From Octopus vulgaris (lineage: Eukaryota): 64,000 bases of DNA. The translations under genes were made by a program, and so were the position numbers. The notes under the pieces were generated by a model that was given only the letters and a program-made list of their open reading frames with translations, did not search any database and was not told where the DNA came from. The stretch is taken from assembly GCA_951406725.2 (NCBI GenBank), contig OX597816.1, positions 141,546,001 to 141,610,000 of the forward strand, given 5' to 3'. Shown one piece after another: positions 53,560 through 64,000 of the stretch; within the stretch, counting starts at the first letter, position 1; each line of letters starts with the position of its first letter.

Positions 53560-54100
53560 ATCACCAATGATCTCTCCTGGTGAAAGCACATCCTTAACGT
53601 AGCTAGGATCATGCCCCCAAAACTAGCTCGTCTCTTTGAAAATAGAAAATACTTCAGCCCTCAACATCTACTGATACTTTATGAAGCAGAAGTGAGGTCC
53701 ACAATACAATGTTCCTTCCACTTTGGGGCAATGCTGCTGTTGCAAACACTCACAGGTATCCTAGACTACAACATCCCAAGGCCACTGGACAGATTGATAT
53801 AAACATATATCTCTGATTCACAGACATACTATGGCTCTCTCTGTGCCTTTTTTTGTTGTCACTATAATGGCCTTTGTTTCTCAGAGATAGTTGGTTTTGT
53901 GCCACTTCTATTAAAGTTCTTACCTTTTTTCCTATCATCATCCATGTTTTGTCCCCCCCCCACATACAATAGACCCATCACTAATCACTACCACTAATCT
54001 CATTATGCTACCCCACTGGAATCTCCTCCTTGCAGATATTATTCCTGCAGATGTTGACTTGCAACAGTTTAAGTGCACCTTTTATAACGTCAACCTCAAT
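53560..54100 (+). mobile_element. Decayed CR1-superfamily LINE, 3' remnant
   Basis: NDLSW*KHILNV...RKYFSPQHLLILYEAEVRSTIQC and HWNLLLADIIPADVDLQQFK. Homologous to 11500-12260. Confidence 0.65.
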
Positions 54101-55534
54101 AGTTTCAGAAGGCCTGTGAGGGTTATGAAGACTGCTCTTGCCTCCTAATCCAGCAAGTTACAAAAAGCAACCCCACCACAAAAAAACAAAAAAACCCTGC
54201 ATATTTTGACGTTTTACAACAAGATCAGATAATTTATCAGTAACACAGATGGTTTGGCAAGTATTGTTCGGGTCATTATTAGAAGTGCTGATATTCCATT
54301 AAATGTAGATTTGTGATTTTCTTTCCATATTTGGCTGACATAAAATATGTGAGAAGAAGAATGCACAGTGCACACTTAAATACACTGGCAACTGTTTCTA
54401 TATCACTGAAACACAATTTTCACATAAGATTGTTATGATATTCAATATCGATATAATGCAAATTTTAAGAAAAATATTTCATTTAAATAACTTTTCAAAA
54501 AATTTTCTCGATTTAATGTCAACTTTACAGAAAGAAATATGAGAAGCCATTTTCTGAATGAAAATTTGTCAGCTACTTAGAAGAATATTTTCTTCCAGTT
54601 CTATAAGCATAGAACTTAAATGATTAATTTTAGTAAAATTTCTTCTTGGTGGCTGTGATGAAAATTTTATGAAATTTCCAGCATTCATATTTATAATAAT
54701 TTGTTTCTTTTATACATTTTTTTCCCAAAAAAACCTATCATAAAATTAAACTTTGGAATATGTCAGAATAACTTGCAGTAAGTTTTACTGGAACATTTAT
54801 TAATATTACTAAGTTGTTATTTGTCATAAGCCTCAAACTATTCATGTATAAATACATGTAGATATATACATAGATATAATCAGCGATGCTTATACATATA
54901 TAAGCATACATATCCACATATATGCACACACATAAACACTCAAATACCAAAAGCCAATCTACAACTTTAAAGGATTTTAGTTTCCTTTTTATCCTTTTCC
55001 ACAAATCAGACATTGTCAAAGCTTTCTATTTTTTTGGTATTTTTTGATTTTTCTCTTTAAATATTGTGATACAACTTATTTTTCATTATCTTCTTCACAA
55101 GAAATACATTTGAAAAATAATTCTATAATTCTATATACTTCTATAATTTTAGTCTTTAACACTTTTGGTGGTACATTGATTATAGTTCAAACAGGCTGAG
55201 GTATAGTTGACACAAAAGATATGCAACTGAAAATAGGGATCAATAATCAAGGCTGATGCTAGAAAGTGTGGAGCCCAGTTAGAAAATGTCAGTGGGGACA
55301 CTTACTCTGCAAAAACTGAAGATTGATGTTTTATGCTTTGTGTAGTGTGCCAGCCCCAGCCAAAAAGCATTGAAGGCTTGAGGCTACACCATTAACTACA
55401 ATGATACACTAAAAATTCATCATAGCATCCTCCACTTGAGTGTGTGCATGGTGCCTTCTCTTGGCACAAGGCCTAATTTGAACAAATCTGTCTAATTGGC
55501 TTCAAAATGAATCCTGTCGAAGATAGTCCCTGGC

Positions 55535-56295
55535 ATCATCATGATTTAGCATCAGCTGTCCATGCTGGCATGGGTTGCATGGTTTGACTAGAGCTGGCAA
55601 ACTGGAAGGCTGTACCAGACTCCAGTCTGATTTGGCATGGTTTCTATGGCATCCAGTCATAGAAACCATGCCAACAACTCTGAAAGTGTAATGGGTGCTT
55701 GTACATGCCAACAACTCTGAGAGTGTAATGGTGCATTTACGTGCCACTGGCCAACAACTAACGCCAACAACTCTGAGAGTGTAATGGGTGTTTTTATGTT
55801 CCACTGGCATGGGTACCATTTGTGGTATCTGGCATGACTGTGATTTTACTTGGCTTGATGGGTCTTCTGAAGAACAACATAATGCCAAAGGTCTTGGTCA
55901 TTGCCTCCACAATGCCCAACATTCGAAAGGAACTTTTCACATGCAACTGGCATCAGGCCCAATGCTCAAAAGGTGCTTTTTATGTGCCATCAGCACAGGT
56001 GCCAGTTATGTGCCATGACTACGATCTCACTTGGCTTGATAGGTCTTCTCAAGCCCAGCATATCACCAATGGTCGTGGTCATTAGTCATTGCCTCTGTGA
56101 GGCCCAAAGTTTGAATATCATGCTTCACCACCCATGTCTTCTTGGGTCTAACTCTTCCACAGGTTCCCTCCACTGTTAGGGTGTGACACGTCTTCACTCA
56201 GCTATCCTCGGCCATACACATCACATGATCATACCAGCACAGTTGCTCTTGCACACCACATCTGATGCCTCTTGTGCCCAACTTTTCTCTCACTT
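55535..56295 (-). mobile_element. RTE 3' fragment with internal duplications
   Basis: EKLGTRGIRCGVQEQL, WYDHVMCMAEDS, TVEGTCGRVRPKKTW. Three copies of gccaacaactctga(a/g)agtgtaatgg (55670-55790) and two copies of a ~70-bp block (55836, 56016). Confidence 0.8.
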
Positions 56296-56571
56296 TAACA
56301 AAAATAATGTAATACAAGCAATTCTAATGAACTGAATTTAAATATTACAGACACCTGGCAATTGAATTAAAGACACATTGGGCTGTTTAATGAAAAGTTT
56401 GATTAATGTTCCATTTAAATCTATCTCAAATGGATTAAAATAATAAAAGGTAAAATTGATAATTATAGTGGAATCCTCACTAACTGACTCTGATCTTCAT
56501 CAGCTACAATAATCTACCACTTAGTTTTGATGTCACTCACCAGCACTTGCCAAAATATTTAATTTATAGTA

Positions 56572-56908
56572 GTGCATGGCTCAGTGATTAGAGCAGCAGG
56601 CTCACAATCATGAGGCAGAGAGTTCAATTCTCAGACCTGGCTATGTGTTGCGTTCTTGAGCAAGACACTTTATTTTTACATAGCTCTAGTTCACTCTTCT
56701 GTAGAAGTGAGTTATGACATCATTAGTTCCAAGCTGTATTAGCCTTTGTCCTTCCCTTGGATAACACTGGTGGCATGGAGAGGGGAAGCTAGTATGCATG
56801 GGTGACTGCGGGCCTTCCATAAACAATCTTGCCCAAACTTGTGCTCGGAAGGTAACTTTCTAGGTGCAATCCCACTGTTATTCATGACTGAAGGGAGTCT
56901 TATCCTTT
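56572..56908 (+). mobile_element. SINE family D, full length
   Basis: tRNA-like head catggctcagtgattagagc...gagttcaattctc. Homologous to 40135-40430. Confidence 0.8.
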
Positions 56909-58234
56909 TAAATAATTGTTTGCACCAATCATATCTCATTTCTGGTAGCTAGGACCATTATTTTATAGTTAAGTTTTAATATTTTAACTGTAAATATCAC
57001 TTTTTACAGTTAAAAATATACTCCACCCTCTAAACATTATATGAGGATGCTATTTAGGTTAAGGATCAAGAAACTGCAATTAGTGTAAGTTGTAGCAGTA
57101 CTCTAATGTGAAAATAAGTAGCAATAATTATAATTAATTCTTATACTAACAAACAATAAATAATTATTCATGTTGAAAAAATATCCTAATCAATATCACA
57201 TCAGGATAATATATACTAGGTATATCAGGAGAATATCTTGAGAATATGTAACTGTTTTGTCTAAAGTTTATAATAAAGAGAAGCAGCATGAAAAATGAAT
57301 GAAAAATTTTGGTGATATAAAAAGTAAGAATATAATTCAAAGCTGATAAACATTGAATGAAGATAAAGGGTCTAAGGTCAACAGTGTGGCCATGCAGTCA
57401 TGCAGTTAGCTTTGTGATATTGGAGAATTTCTGATGAAATGATCCTTATCCAAGCTATACTGTTTCCCAAGCTGTTGAATATTCAGAATAACTTTGAATA
57501 TTGAAATGGTTGATATCATAAGTTTAAATTAAGCTATAGGGCCAGTGAACATTATGCCTGAGATGAAAAAAGTTGACGTAAGAGTTGTTAATGTCATTGT
57601 TGATAAATGTTTATTTGGAACCTGATGAAAAGTTGTTAGCTGGGGGGGGACCCCTATTCTCTCTCTCTATCCTTTTTAGTATTAATTCATCAAATGAAGA
57701 GAAAATCTAAGACCTTTGACAAATTTCTAGAGCTTGAAACAAATGAGATTGATGTGATTGGTGCTTAGTTTGAGTATTCAAAAGTCCAATGTACCCAGAA
57801 AAACATAGATAGGGAGGGAATTCCTGAAGTTTGCACCTCTAAGACAAATGATTGAGTAGTGTTTGGTACAGAATGTGTGACATGAAGTAGAGTAGAGATG
57901 ATGAAAAGAAGAAAGATGGTGTATTAGATGGGCCTAAGTGGAAGAAGGGTAAACAAATAGCTAGTTCAGAGTAGCAGAAGCCATAGAAAAAGCATAGAAA
58001 GGAAACAACAGATCTATGAGCTAGTGGTTGCAGTATGCTGTCTGAATCTTTGCTAATCTATTAAATGGCCTTCTTTTGGATATGGTCTCAGATGTTTGTG
58101 TGTGTAGTAGCTGCCTTCCATCATAATCAACTTTGGCTTTCATTCTTCTGAAGTATTGGAGTGAATATTTATAGTGCATCCTTGATGTGAATGACATTGT
58201 AAAAGGAGACAAGACTCAACATAAATTTTTAACT

Positions 58235-59310
58235 TTAACCATTTAGTATCTGTCAAATGTAATTCTTATCTAGTCACATTGTTTTGAATTAATCATGCAT
58301 TATCTTGGAGTTTCAAGATTTCAATGATATGATAACCATGTACCTCCTCTACAGCAAGACACCTGTTTCTCCCTCTCTGTCTCTCTGTCACACTCTAACC
58401 TTTCATTATCTAACTGAAGACCACCTCCTCCAATGCCCCTCCCCTCTCAAAATGCCTTGTCTTGCAAGTTACTTGGTGACCCCGTCAGTACTGGTGCCAT
58501 GTAAAAAGCATCCAGTCCACATTGTGAAGTGGTTGGTATTTGGAAGGGCATCCAGCTATATAAACCATGTCAAAACTGACCTTGCCTGTGCTGGTGCTGC
58601 CTAAAAATTACTCAGTCCACTCTGTGGGGTGGTTGGTGTTAGGAAGGGCATCCAGTCATAAAAATTATGCCAAAACAGATACAACACCCTGGTATAGCTT
58701 TCTACCTGACCAGCTTCTGTTAAACCATCCAACGCATGCCAGCATGGAAGGCAGACATTAAATGATGATGATGATACTCTTTACTCTTTTACTCTTTCAC
58801 TTGTTTCAGTCATTTGACTGTGGCCATGCTGGAGCACCGCCTTTAGTTGAGCACATCGACCACAGGACTTATTCTATCGATCTCTTTTGCTGAACCGCTA
58901 AGTTACGGGTACGTAAACACACCACCATCGGTTGTCAAGCAATGCTGGAGGGACAAACACAGACACACAAACCTATACACACACATACATATACATATAT
59001 ACAATGGGCTTCTTTCAGTTTCTGTCTACCAAATCCTCTCACAAGGCTTTGGTTGACCCGAAGCTATAGTAGAAGGCACTTGCCCAAGGTGTCACACAGT
59101 GGGACTGAACCCAGAACCATGTAGTTTGTAAGCAAGCTACTTACCACACAGCCACTCCTATACCTATATGATGATGATGATGATTGTTAAATGATGATAA
59201 TGAGAATGACATTGTAGGGTAGGTGTTAGAAGCCAGATCTGGCTGGTTTGAACATAAAACAAATAGAATATTTGGGCTGGTTGTGGCCACTTTAAATATT
59301 AAAGGGTTAA
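58235..59310. mobile_element. piggyBac-like MITE containing an RTE tail (58335-58775, +) whose (GAT)n tail contains a family A SINE (58776-59166, -)
   Basis: The left end ttaaccatttag and right end taaagggttaa join into a sequence collinear with 51910-52120. GAT repeats flank the SINE on both sides. Confidence 0.75.
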
Positions 59311-60224
59311 AAGGTACAAGAAAGCCTTTCTGCCGTCAATAGTTACCCAGCCTGATGTAGCATTGCTAATCTAATATTTTCCCAAATAACAGGAGAATAC
59401 TAAGTAAATGAGAAACATACTTTCCCCTGGATAGGGTGGATTCTGTCTATTGCAAGCAACCTTTCTTGTCAGAGGAATTGAAATTAACACTGCAAATCTT
59501 TGTGAATTCCACAGCACCAGCCAGCATCTGATCAGTGATGAAGAATTTTGTGGCTCTAAACAGTAAGCCTAGTTTTGGGGGATGTCATTTAGACAATGTT
59601 CTGGACCATGATGAGAGACCATCTGAGATAGAGAGGTTGAACATTTGTAATGATGATAATAATAATAACGGTGATGACATGATGATGATGACAACAACAA
59701 CGACGACAATGATAATGATGATGACAGTGATGATAATGGCAATGACAAATACAACAACAATGATGATGATGATAACAGTAATATCAGAAAATGAGGAAAG
59801 ATTTTTGAATGACAAGGTTATTCTAAAGGCAGCCAATGCTATTATAGTCCACCTTAGATAAATAAATAAAAGAAGAAAAAAAAAAAACGCAATTTAATGT
59901 AAGGTAGAGATTCAGTACAGAAGAATAAACAAGCAAATAAATTTCTAAAAGCTAAACATTAGAAGTGCAACTGTTGGGTCATTTTACTTACTGATTAAAC
60001 TGTGGAGAATGACAGAGGCCAGCACTCATGGAAGATTGATAACTTAAGCAAAGAAATGGTTAACATAGAAAAGAAAGACAAACAAAACACCCTACTAATG
60101 TATATAGCCAGTCCCAATTAATGTAAATATCAGTCCTGTAGTTGCATATATAGGGGGGAAAACAATTCAGTTATTAATTTTTTAAAACTTCCTCCCATAT
60201 ACAAGATTCATTCAATGTGGACAT

Positions 60225-60430
60225 GACAAATTAGCCTCAGTCAACAAAACCATGATGCTGTAAGCTGTACTTTAACATAAAAACCACATTTGAGTACTGT
60301 TGTGATATCTGGAATAGTGCTGCTGCAGTGTTGCTATATGTACAAACATCTAATGGAAGGCTGTTTAACTAATTAGCAAAGATTCTCCAGCCAACACACT
60401 TCAATATCTCAATAATTTACTCACCAATGC
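60225..60430 (+). mobile_element. CR1-like LINE fragment
   Basis: TTFEYCCDIWNSAAA resembles the RPxLEYCSxIW motif. Confidence 0.45.
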
Positions 60431-60484
60431 ACTGTAACCACTCAAAGACTCTCTCAGCAACACATTAGAATCACAGGTTCACAG

Positions 60485-60840
60485 ACGTAGCTTGCTTTGA
60501 AACAATGTGGTTTTTGGTTCAGTCCCACTGTGTGGTATCTTGGGTAAGTGCCTTTTACTATAGCCCGGCCTATGTGTGTGTGTGTGGACACATGCATGCA
60601 CGTGTGTGTGTGTGTGTATGTGTTTGTGTTTGTCCCCAACAACTGCTTGACAACTGGTGTTGATTTATTTACATCCCTGTAAATTAAGCCAACATCCCCA
60701 GATCAGCAAAAGAAGACTGATAGAATGAGTATTAGACTTAACAAATAAATACTAGGGCCAATTTGTTTGACTAAACACCTCAATGAAATGCCCCAGCATG
60801 GCCACAGTCCAGAAACAGAAATTACTAAAAGATAAAAAAG
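60485..60840 (+). mobile_element. SINE family A (diverged)
   Basis: ggttcagtcccactgtgtggtatcttgggtaagtg...ccccagcatggccacagtcc...taaaagataaaa. Confidence 0.75.
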
Positions 60841-61032
60841 AAGACACAGTCGTTTTACTCTGTCACTTCTATCATTATTAAAATGTTGTATTTTCTATAA
60901 TCTAGGCAGTCACAAACCACTCCCAATCATGCACTTTACCTGTTTTCCTTCAATAAGCCTTACATTAATCATTATACTCAATCACATCCTGCCATGATTG
61001 CAATTCTTTCTGAATTCTCTCTTTGTCTACTG

Positions 61033-61498
61033 CAGGGGGTTCACAACCATTTTTTTTATCTATGGACCCCTTTGATTATTATTTTATACTGGTGCCCCCT
61101 GTCAAGACATTCAGTGTTTAAAAACTAGTTTTGAATTAATCATGTTATTACCTTGTAACTTTGAGATTTTGATGATGTGATTGTATATTCTTAGCATGAC
61201 ATGCTAGAACAGGGGTTCCAACCATTTTTATCTATGGACCCCTTTTGATTATTAAAACTGGTTTTATAGAAACATCTTTCAAAATTCCTAGTTTGTTTTT
61301 CATACATTAACTTCTGTAGGTTGAACTTTGTAAAATGTTCAAGAAAGAAACCTAGCTGTTTCTTGCAATACATACTAATACATACATTTAAAACAAAGCT
61401 TTTTTGGGGTCCTTAAAACACTGCTATGGATCCCCAATTTACTATTTTGTTGTGTGGACCCCTAAAAGTCTTTTATGGACCCTGATTGAGAACCACTG
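61033..61498. mobile_element. hAT (Charlie-like) MITE with an 8-bp target-site duplication
   Basis: gtctactg|cagggggttcacaacc ... gattgagaaccactg|gtctacag. TIRs are of the CAGTGGTTCTCAA type and the TSD copies match at 7 of 8 positions. Confidence 0.72.
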
Positions 61499-61644
61499 GT
61501 CTACAGTCTCCCTGCAGAAACTGATCTTCAAAACTTCATGCAGAAAATCAAGTACATTGATTTCACTAGTCTGGGAGTAACCTGAAAAGGCCATAGGCCC
61601 AACAATCACTCAGATAAAATTATAATAATAAAAAGTGAATATAG

Positions 61645-62005
61645 ATGCAGATGTGGCTGTGTGGTCAAGAAACTTGCTTCCCAACCACGTGGTCTTGGGT
61701 TCAGTCCCACTGTTGTGACTGGATATGGTAGACAGAAACTAGAAACTGAAAAAAGTCAATTGTGTACATACATACACATATATATGTATATATGTGTGTA
61801 TTTGTACTTGTGTTTGTCTCCTATCACTGCTTGACAACCAATGGTAGTTTGTTTACATTCCTGTAACTTAGTGATTTACCAAAAATAGACCAAGAGAATA
61901 AGTATGAAAAAACAAATTGGAGTCAATTTGTTCGACTAGAAACTTCAAGGTTATGCCCCAACATGGCCACAGTTCAATGACTGAAGCAAATAAAAGATAA
62001 AAGAT
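61645..62005 (+). mobile_element. SINE family A with an internal deletion
   Basis: gtggctgtgtggtcaagaaacttgcttcccaaccacgtggtcttgggttcagtccc head and atggccacagttcaatgactgaagcaaataaaag tail. Confidence 0.8.
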
Positions 62006-62076
62006 ATATATATTAAAAAGTATAAATTAAAACTATTTGAACTATTTGCTTCCATAAAATAGTTAACTAAAGGCCT

Positions 62077-62300
62077 GTTTGCTTATATAAAACAATGAAC
62101 AGTTTGCCAATATAAAACAGATGAAGAAAGTTTTATTTGTTTATATAAAACAGACGAAGGGTTTGTTTGCCTTTATAAAACAGACAATAACAGGTTTGTT
62201 TGTATATATAAAACAAGCAATGAAAAGTTTGTTTGCCTATAATAACAGACACTAAAAGTTCGTTTGCCTATATTAAACATAAAAAAAGGGTTGCCTACAT
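62077..62300. repeat. Degenerate minisatellite, ~31-bp unit, about 8 copies
   Basis: Recurrent gtttgtttgcctatataaaacaga. Confidence 0.85.
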
Positions 62301-62630
62301 AGGCGCAGGAGTGGCTTTGTGGTAAGTAGCTTACTAACCAACCACATGGTTCCAGGTTCAGTCCCACTGCGTGGCATCTTGGGCAACTGTCTTCTGCTAT
62401 AGCCTCGGGCCGACCAAAGCCTTGTGAGTGGATTTGGTAGACGGAAACTGAAAGAAGCCTGTCGTATATATGTATATATATATGTATGTGTGTGTGTATG
62501 TTTGTGTGTCTGTGATTGTCCCTCTAGCATTTTTGTCCCTCTAGCATTGACAACCGATGCTGGTGTGTTTATGTCCCTGTCACTTAGCAGTTCGACCGAT
62601 AGAATAAGTACTGGGCTTACAAAGAATAAG
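62301..62630 (+). mobile_element. Young family A SINE, 3'-truncated
   Basis: aggcgcaggagtggctttgtggtaagtagc...ggttcagtcccactgcgtggcatcttgggcaac, CpG-rich. Confidence 0.88.
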
Positions 62631-62770
62631 TATGTGTGTGTGTACAAAGAATAAGTGTGTGTGTGTGTGTGTGTGTGTGTACATATATTAACAATGGAGC
62701 AATGCAAGAAGGTACTTACACAACAACTTTCTTTAAAGTTATACCTCATGATGCTTCACCAAAACTACCT

Positions 62771-62802
<32 letters not shown>

Positions 62803-62851
62803 CAGACAGATAGACAGATAGATAGACAAATAGATAGAAAGATAGACAGAC

Positions 62852-62896
<45 letters not shown>

Positions 62897-64000
62897 CAGG
62901 GTGCATCAGTTTTTTGAGGTCATTTATATGAGTTTAGAACGAGACACATAGCTCATCAAAGAAAAGCTGTATTTGAAAGCAAATAGGTCAAAATAATCTT
63001 GAGAACCCTTTTACTACACTATTCAATGACTCCACCAACACCAATGGCTGCTTCAATACAGCAGTGGGAGTGCTGACATGCCTGAATCAGATGATCTTTA
63101 CCAATTTCAGATATGGTTATGGCAAACTTGAGAGCTTGTATAGTGTTATGGGTGTGTTGGTTGACCTCTCTCTCAACTACTGCCCAAATATAATAGTTTA
63201 GTCGATTGAAGTCTGATGAGGTGAGCTAGGAGGCCGTGTGTCTGGGAGAATATGATTATGGAGATTGCCACACATTCATGCTCGGGTTGTCCTAGTCTTA
63301 TGAGAAGTACAGTCTTCTGTTGTGTACTCTGTCTATCCGGGGCCTCACAACATTCTCCAACACTTCTGTGGAGACAGTGGCACTGACTCTTAAGCTCTGT
63401 GAATACAAGTGAAGAGGTATGACATCTCCTTCATTGTTGATGACTCTTTGAAGCATTAGTGTTACTCTTTTAATTGTTTCAGTCATCTTGACTGTGGCCA
63501 TGCTGGAGCACTGCCTATTTAGTCGAGCAAATTGACCCCAGGACTTATTCTTTGTAAGCCTAGTACTTATTCTATCGGTCTTTTTTGCCGAACCGCTAAG
63601 TTACGGGGACGTAAACACACCACCATCGGTTGTCAAGCGATGTTGGGGGGAAAACCACAAACACATAAACACACACAGACATACATATATATATACATAT
63701 ATACGACGGGCTTCTTTCAGTTTCCGTCTACCAAATCCACTCACAAGGCTTTGGTGGGCCTGAGGCTATAGTTGAATGATACTTGCCCAAGGTGCCATGC
63801 AGTAGGAATGAACCCAGAACTCCTGTAATATAGTTGATAATATAGTATGCATGGCTGTTGGAACCTTATTTAGGTCTGCACAAGTATCTGTCGTTCGTTC
63901 AGTTTACTTTTTGGTCCTCATTGAAGTTTCTCTCATTGGTGTAAACCCAAAGCATTTCAGCCTCTTGGTGTTTTAACTTGTTTAATAAGCACTTTTCATG
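62897..64000 (-). mobile_element. Decayed Tc1/mariner (maT/DD37D-like) transposon interrupted by a family A SINE (63463-63820)
   Basis: Right end TA|CAGGGTG. The minus strand gives LLNKLKHQEAEMLWVYTNERNFNEDQKVN (cf. FSDEKNF), then VINNEGDVIPLH...EVLENVVRPRIDRV, then PPS..SDFNRLNYYIWAVVEREVNQHTHNT (cf. WPPSSPDLNPLDYYVW). Runs off the window end. Confidence 0.85.

Noticed and set aside
54945-55026. Exon-like KALTMSDLWKRIKRKLKSFKVVDWLL
   Set aside because: More likely a LINE RT scrap (aaagctttgacaatgtc reads as a KAFD-like AFDNV/SFDNV motif in another frame). It has no polypyrimidine acceptor.
62077-62300. Repeat/spacer-like periodicity suggesting a CRISPR array
   Set aside because: Eukaryotic context, degenerate contiguous units without unique spacers, and no cas genes. 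It is a minisatellite.

Overview
AT-rich, microsatellite- and transposon-saturated animal genomic DNA. The repeat landscape (tRNA-derived SINEs with internal (TA)/(TG) tracts, RTE LINE tails ending in (GAT)n) looks like an octopus genome; this is an inference. The only recognisable host gene is TMEM245 on the minus strand. Four consecutive internal coding exons (17308-17186, 13522-13386, 9286-9186, 3239-3065) have canonical AG/GT sites, splice in frame and encode the C-terminal multi-transmembrane region. The rest of the window appears intronic, including more than 46 kb above 17308 with no recognisable exon. Almost all ORF-track entries are microsatellite or SINE artefacts. The introns hold several modular SINE families, RTE and CR1-like LINE remnants, a decayed R4/Dong-type retrotransposon inside an (AAT)n array, Tc1/mariner remnants, and hAT, piggyBac-like and Tigger-like MITEs. 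The most unusual signal is a set of Penelope-type minimal hammerhead ribozyme motifs. The best one (4446-4527) lies in the sense orientation of the TMEM245 pre-mRNA and differs from the catalytic core consensus only by G12A. Other notable items are a multi-element insertion hotspot in (AAT)n, a triplicated RT motif at the 5' junction of the Dong element, a locally templated ~125-bp insertion, and a diverged tandem duplication with an invariant hairpin. All alignments and identity estimates were made by eye, and repeat boundaries are approximate.
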